From NCBI GenBank assembly GCA_965140415.1, contig OZ223209.1:704001-768000 (forward strand): a stretch of 64,000 nucleotides of DNA. Reading direction: 5' to 3'. The first letter of the stretch is position 1. Each line of letters begins with the position of its first letter. Below, piece by piece: positions 59,162 through 64,000 of the stretch. The position numbers and the translations under genes are program-made. The notes below the pieces were generated by a model. That model saw only the letters and a list, made by a program, of their open reading frames with translations, ran no database searches and was not told the DNA's origin. This DNA comes from Myxococcota bacterium (GTDB taxonomy: Bacteria; Myxococcota_A; SURF-8).

Positions 59162-60007
59162 CTAAAATCCATTGGCAATGGCGCTCATGCGTCGTAACGC
59201 TTCCCGTTGCTTCTGTATGGTATAACTGATAATTCGTTCTCTGTCTCGTTCTCGTATTTGCATGAAACGGCAGGCAATACCGTATTTCACTTCGTCCAGA
59301 TCCTCTTCCAGTAACTGATCGACGCGCACCACTTCCGCTAGTGTAATGATTTCCCCAGCCGGATGCACCGGCAGGCGCAAGCGCATACCCAAACGGACTC
59401 CCGTGTCGTAGGCGGTATCGCTGCGGAACTGAATACCCGAACCGCTGATCGACACCTTGCGCCGCAGCAGCATGGCGCTATCGCTTTTATCGATCAACTG
59501 GCTGACTTGCGAAGAGAGCGCCGCCAGTTTACGATCCAGCGCCTGAACCGCCTGGATCAAGTAAAGCACCGCCTCGCTGGCTTCGTCGGTCTGCGCCAGA
59601 TTTTTCATTTCGTGGCGCGTCATTTCGGGTAGCGGATCGCCCATTTCGGGAGCGGTCAAGTGGTCTAAGGAGAAATCCTCTTCGTTTCCGGTGAACAATT
59701 CGAAACCCAATTCCACCCAGGCGAAAATGCGCATGTACTGGCGGTTGTCACGTCCGCCGATGCGCTCCAGTTCCAGCACGTTGCCCGACAATCGCTTGAT
59801 GACAATGGCTGTGAATACCGTGTCGCCGGTTTTGGTTTCGCACAAATCGACCATGAGTTTTCCGCCGCTGGAAGAACCCAGCCGGTTGACATCACCTTCC
59901 AGCAACTTGACCTGTAGCGGTTCGGCCTTGCTGATCTCGGCATCAAGGTATTTACGGGTCATACCGGAGAGATAAGACACCTTCAACTTATTGCCTTTTT
60001 GGAACAT
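59162..60007 (-). CDS. PilZ-domain protein (start 60007, alternative 60073)
   Basis: NRQYMRI (RxxxR), SISGSGI, F..I.ERDRERI..Y..QR. Confidence 0.8.
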   Translation of the reverse strand: MFQKGNKLKVSYLSGMTRKYLDAEISKAEPLQVKLLEGDVNRLGSSSGGKLMVDLCETKTGDTVFTAIVIKRLSGNVLELERIGGRDNRQYMRIFAWVELGFELFTGNEEDFSLDHLTAPEMGDPLPEMTRHEMKNLAQTDEASEAVLYLIQAVQALDRKLAALSSQVSQLIDKSDSAMLLRRKVSISGSGIQFRSDTAYDTGVRLGMRLRLPVHPAGEIITLAEVVRVDQLLEEDLDEVKYGIACRFMQIRERDRERIISYTIQKQREALRRMSAIANGF

Positions 60008-60098
60008 CTGCAACAAACCCTTTCGCAATACGGACCATCGCCGCCGGTTTTTAACAGGTTTTGGCCGATACATATATCATACGGCAATGAATTGTTTA

Positions 60099-60116
60099 TG
60101 CAAGCGAAATGCCAAA
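60099..60116 (-). promoter_or_regulatory. sigma54 (-24/-12) promoter for the PilZ-csrA-fliW-GT2 unit
   Basis: Minus strand TTTGGCATTTCGCTTGCA: GG-N10-GC, close to consensus TGGCAC-N5-TTGC. Confidence 0.75.
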
Positions 60117-60221
60117 TGACCCACAATTGCCGGCAAGGGGTCATAAAATGAAGACAGACCGGCACAAGCCGGCTGACCCGATTCCATTTGTTTGATATTA
60201 TTGATAAAAATTAAATTGCGG

Positions 60222-61112
60222 CTACCTGATGAAATCAAGCAGGCTTCTACTCAGAATGCTGGAACTGGCTTGCATCGCCATATTCAGAGAGGTTTCAGCC
60301 ATTTGGAACTCGGTAATGGCCGTCACATAATCGGCATCTTCAAAATTTTGACGCTTTTCCGCCAGGTTGACCTGCAAGGTATCCAGCGTGCTTTGCGTGA
60401 CTTCCAGTCGATCCATGTGGACGCCGTTGATCGTGCGAACCTCGATCACCTGCTCGATCGCGGTATTGATCCGGTCCAGGTTATCGGCCATCGCTCCTTG
60501 CGGATCGGTCTGCAATTGCGTTTGAATGTCGTTGAGCAATTCGAAGATGTTTACACCACCGGAACTGCCAGGATCTTCGAACACCTGGGTGCCGGGAATG
60601 TTGGCTTCGGATTTGACGCCGGGTTGAATCTCCACCATGTTGATGGTTTCATCACCGTGGTAGACGCCGTCTTCAGAGTAGGCTTCGACATCGGTGCGTG
60701 CGCCGGAGAAGATGTACTGTCCTTCATGCTGGGTGTTGGCCAGACCCAGCAGATGATCTCTCAACTGGTCGATTTCCGTGTCCATTTGGGTGCGCACGTT
60801 ATCGGGATTGGCCGAGTTGGCCAATTGCACCATGTCGGCCTTCAAGCCGGACAACACCTGGAACACTTCACTGAAGGTGGTTTCATAAACGCTGAAACGA
60901 TCCAACTGACGCCGGACGTTGTCCTGGTATTGCTCCAGATCATCCTCTTCTTTTTCGTTGCGCAGGGTGCGCTGTACGGTCAGAGGGTCGTCCTTCAGGC
61001 GGGAAACGTTTTTACCTGTGGTTAAGATTTCACTATTCTTATCCAACACCTCGCGGTTGTTGTTCAGTTGGCGTTGAATGAAACGATATTGGTTTTGATT
61101 GACGATCCGCAT
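60222..61112 (-). CDS. flgL: Flagellar hook-associated protein 3
   Basis: TTGK..DDP, LANT..GQYIFSG, EDADY..SLLDFIR; located downstream of flgK. Confidence 0.93.
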   Translation of the reverse strand: MRIVNQNQYRFIQRQLNNNREVLDKNSEILTTGKNVSRLKDDPLTVQRTLRNEKEEDDLEQYQDNVRRQLDRFSVYETTFSEVFQVLSGLKADMVQLANSANPDNVRTQMDTEIDQLRDHLLGLANTQHEGQYIFSGARTDVEAYSEDGVYHGDETINMVEIQPGVKSEANIPGTQVFEDPGSSGGVNIFELLNDIQTQLQTDPQGAMADNLDRINTAIEQVIEVRTINGVHMDRLEVTQSTLDTLQVNLAEKRQNFEDADYVTAITEFQMAETSLNMAMQASSSILSRSLLDFIR

Positions 61113-61124
61113 GATAATCGCTCC

Positions 61125-62525
61125 TTATTGTTTCAGTGCAATTACGGCGGAGAGCATCTCATCGACCGTTTGAATCATTTTGGCCGAGGCTTCGAACGCC
61201 CGCTGGTACTGGATTAACGAAATCATTTCCTCATCGACGGATACGCCACTGACCGAAGCGCGATAGGCTTCCGTTTGATCCAACGCGGCCTGCTGATAAT
61301 CGATTTCGGATTCTAACGAGTTGAGGTTATTGGAAATTCTTCCGACCGTGGCCACGAAATACTCGCTGAAGCTCTGGGAGCCCATGGTGGTTTCATCATT
61401 GGCCAGATCCGAAATAGCCAGGGCAATCGTATTGTTGCCATGAGGGGCCAACGGATCGCCCGAGGCGGCGATGCCTTCGGGATTGCCGGTCAGCGCCGCA
61501 CTCAACTGCAACAATCCGGCTGCGCCATTGACGGCGGCAATCGGCTCGAAGAAGTCGCCGCCGGCGTTGCCATTCAAATCGAAACCGGTGGCATGCAGCG
61601 TATTGACGCGATTGGCCAGGTTGAAGGCCATCAGATCCATACGCGATTTGATATCTTCCAAAAATACGTCGCGTTCGTAGATCATGCCGGTCAGGTGACC
61701 GGAGCCGTTGGCTCCCTGCATCTCGGCGGTGATATCGGTTGTGACGCCGCCCACGGTTGTCATTTCGATGCTATAGAGCGGTCCACCTGCTACTGACAAT
61801 TCTCCAACACTGCTTCCTTCCACCATCACGCGGTTGTACAGCAGCGCGTTGATGTTGCCATCGTCATCGGAAAACGTAGTGATATCCAACATCTCGCTCA
61901 ATTCGCGAACCACCTGATCGCGACGATCCAGCAGGTTGCTGGCTTCATCGCCATTGGGATCGGAATACACGGCGATCTGTCGGTTCAAATCCGCCAATTC
62001 GGCAAACAGCTCGTTTGCCTGCGTGACGTTCCCCTCGATATCTAGGTTCAGGTCCAGTTGCATCTGATTCACATTGTCATATGCATTGTTGATGCGGTCT
62101 GCCAGGGTTTGGGCATCTTGCAACACCACTTCGCGTTCGCTGATGCCGGAAATGTTGTTGGACAACTCGTTCCAGCTGTTGAAGAACTCATTGAGCGCGT
62201 TGTTGATGCCGTCGATTTCCAACTCCGGAAAAACCGCTTCCAATTGCTGAGAAACGAACTGACGACCCTCCAGAAATCCAAATTGACCAAGTTGCGCATT
62301 GTTCTGGCGCTCCAAAAATTGGTCGTGAACACGACGAACATCCGCCACCGACGTTCCGACACCGGGCATCATGCCGTTGCCGCCGACCGAGGCGAAGTTT
62401 ACGCGTTTGCGCGAGTATCCGGGTGTACTAGCATTGGAAATATTATCACTGGTGGTCTGCAAAGCGGTCTGGTGCGCGAGCAGGCCGGATCTCGACGTAT
62501 ACAAGATGTCATTGATCGATGCCAT
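61125..62525 (-). CDS. flgK: Flagellar hook-associated protein 1
   Basis: NISNASTPGYSR, LLDRRD, SGVSVDEEM..QRAFEASAK motifs. Confidence 0.96.
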   Translation of the reverse strand: MASINDILYTSRSGLLAHQTALQTTSDNISNASTPGYSRKRVNFASVGGNGMMPGVGTSVADVRRVHDQFLERQNNAQLGQFGFLEGRQFVSQQLEAVFPELEIDGINNALNEFFNSWNELSNNISGISEREVVLQDAQTLADRINNAYDNVNQMQLDLNLDIEGNVTQANELFAELADLNRQIAVYSDPNGDEASNLLDRRDQVVRELSEMLDITTFSDDDGNINALLYNRVMVEGSSVGELSVAGGPLYSIEMTTVGGVTTDITAEMQGANGSGHLTGMIYERDVFLEDIKSRMDLMAFNLANRVNTLHATGFDLNGNAGGDFFEPIAAVNGAAGLLQLSAALTGNPEGIAASGDPLAPHGNNTIALAISDLANDETTMGSQSFSEYFVATVGRISNNLNSLESEIDYQQAALDQTEAYRASVSGVSVDEEMISLIQYQRAFEASAKMIQTVDEMLSAVIALKQ

Positions 62526-62536
62526 GATTGATGTCC

Positions 62537-63052
62537 TTATGCACGGCTGTTCAACGAAGACAACTGCGCAATCTCCTGGTTGATAACACCGCCGGCGGAA
62601 TAGGTTTCGGAGGCAAAGAAGCGACGCTTCAGAAATGCCACGGAGCCTTTCACCGAGCGAATGGAGAATTCAATCAGGCGCTGGTTGATTTCGTTGAGTT
62701 CCTGTATGGACTCAATCAGGGCTTTCAATGTTACATGTACTTTTTCAAGTTTCTTTCCCAGTTCTCCATCGATCACTTCACATAATGCCGACAGAGGTGG
62801 GTCCGACTCCTCAAAGCCCAGTTCCTTGGCCAACCGCGCCGTCAAATCCTGGCGGCCTTGGTCCAGATAGGAGTGCTGGAGTACGAGGAGTTCCTTCCTT
62901 TTGGTTTGTTCCTCCAATGCTTTAGGCTGGAAGCGAACGAGAAATTCTCGCTCGTCCTGCATAATTTCGAGGAGGTTTTCCAGGAGAGACGCCTCTTGCT
63001 CCAGGACTACCTTCAGTTCCAATCCAAGTTTTGTTACTTTGACATTCATCAT
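62537..63052 (-). CDS. flgN: Flagellar export chaperone FlgN
   Basis: Helical protein with NEINQRLI and TYSAGG; lies between flgM and flgK. Confidence 0.8.
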   Translation of the reverse strand: MMNVKVTKLGLELKVVLEQEASLLENLLEIMQDEREFLVRFQPKALEEQTKRKELLVLQHSYLDQGRQDLTARLAKELGFEESDPPLSALCEVIDGELGKKLEKVHVTLKALIESIQELNEINQRLIEFSIRSVKGSVAFLKRRFFASETYSAGGVINQEIAQLSSLNSRA

Positions 63053-63083
63053 TCACCGCCGTTGCGGCCATGCCTTGAGGCGT

Positions 63084-63392
63084 CTAGAACCCTTGAAAAT
63101 CCTGCTCTTCTTCGATCATCTTCTCTGCGATCAAGACGGGGTCCGGGTTGTATTCGCCGTCAGCGATGGCCTGTTTCAGGCTGGCGACCCGTTGCTCGTC
63201 TACGACCGAACTGTTATTTGCCAGTTTGGTGAATTCCTGGGCTTTTGCTTTTTCAAGCGCCGCCGAGGAAACGTCAACACGATCCTGCACCCTGTTTAGC
63301 TGTCCACCTTCTTCTTCATGAAGACGGGCGGGTTCGGCTGCGGGTGGCTTCTGGATCGAAGCGATTTGCTGGCTCTTGTTTGTAATCTTCAT
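63084..63392 (-). CDS. flgM: Anti-sigma28 factor FlgM
   Basis: DRVDVS, RVASLKQAIADGEY..IAEKM; start at MKITN. Confidence 0.9.
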   Translation of the reverse strand: MKITNKSQQIASIQKPPAAEPARLHEEEGGQLNRVQDRVDVSSAALEKAKAQEFTKLANNSSVVDEQRVASLKQAIADGEYNPDPVLIAEKMIEEEQDFQGF

Positions 63393-63444
63393 CTCTTTCA
63401 CCAATCACGGTTTGGAAACCGCCTTTAATCACGTTCTAACCGAT

Positions 63445-63471
63445 AATTCGGCTCAGAAACGAACATCTTTA
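63445..63471 (-). promoter_or_regulatory. sigma28 (FliA) promoter upstream of flgM
   Basis: Minus strand TAAA-N15-GCCGAATT (consensus TAAA-N15-GCCGATAA). Confidence 0.8.
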
Positions 63472-63545
63472 GCATTTTCCACTCAATTGATGAAATTGCT
63501 TATTTGCCAACGGTCCCCCGCCGTGGCCAGCATATCGCCCGGCAC

Positions 63546-64000
63546 CTAATAATCCAGGTACGTATCCGGGTTGATGGGTCTGCCATCCTTTTGAATTTCA
63601 AAGTGCAAGTGCGGTCCGGTGGACCGTCCTGTATTTCCACTGCGCGCGAGTACCTGACCCTGTCGGACCCGGTCTCCCGCTTCTACATTGATTGAGTCCA
63701 AGTGACCGTAAATAGTACGGTATCCCTTGGCGTGCTCGACGATTACGACCTTGCCGTAGCCGCCTTTTTCTCCGGCGAAGATCACCTGTCCGGCCTTGGA
63801 AGAAGCCACCGGAGTTCCTACCGGAACCGCTAGGTCGACACCGTCATGCATGCCCATTTGACCGGTGATCGGATGCTCGCGCATACCGAAAGGCGAAGAA
63901 ATCGGTCCGGACAGCGGCGCAACAAAACGATTGAGCTGGCGATCCAGATGTGCCGGAAGTTGACCGACACCGGAAAGCAGGCCGTATTCGGACTGAACCC
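63546..64000 (-). CDS. M23 metallopeptidase C-terminal part (5'-truncated; possibly an FlgJ-type fusion)
   Basis: ISSPFGMR.HP, HDGVD, YGHL, STGPHLHFE. The frame stays open to the window end. Confidence 0.85.
   Translation of the reverse strand, partial: VQSEYGLLSGVGQLPAHLDRQLNRFVAPLSGPISSPFGMREHPITGQMGMHDGVDLAVPVGTPVASSKAGQVIFAGEKGGYGKVVIVEHAKGYRTIYGHLDSINVEAGDRVRQGQVLARSGNTGRSTGPHLHFEIQKDGRPINPDTYLDY

Noticed and set aside
59063-59165. sigma28 promoter directly upstream of csrA
   Set aside because: A CCGATAG-like -10 exists but there is no TAAA at the 15-nt spacing.

Overview
Bacterial chromosomal window whose gene content points to a deltaproteobacterial/Myxococcota-like lineage (inference). 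It has about 45 CDSs. These include a deoC-nupC-PNP nucleoside salvage operon, a TamA/TamB-like pair, an S8 protease with a MYXO-CTERM-like tail, and an AgmX/GltJ-like zinc-ribbon/GYF/TonB-C protein. There is also an orphan GspE/PilB ATPase coupled to a Ycf46-like AAA+ ATPase, several two-component proteins, many lipoproteins (including an equal-length tandem duplicate), and the end of a flagellar cluster (M23/flgJ-like, flgM, flgN, flgK, flgL, PilZ, csrA, fliW, GT2-TPR) with clear sigma28 and sigma54 promoters. I saw no rRNA, tRNA, CRISPR array, transposase or integrase. The most striking unexplained signal is non-coding: a ~160-nt structured intergenic repeat (5 doublets + 1 singlet) made of two inverted hairpin monomers, with covarying substitutions and a non-canonical GTGC foot (REP/REPIN-like). 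Other non-coding features are at least two further REP-like families, four copies of a TGTHTA-N7-TAKACA palindrome bracketing one gene, an inverted pair of 11-bp-period arrays, and a long structured leader upstream of the AgmX-like gene.
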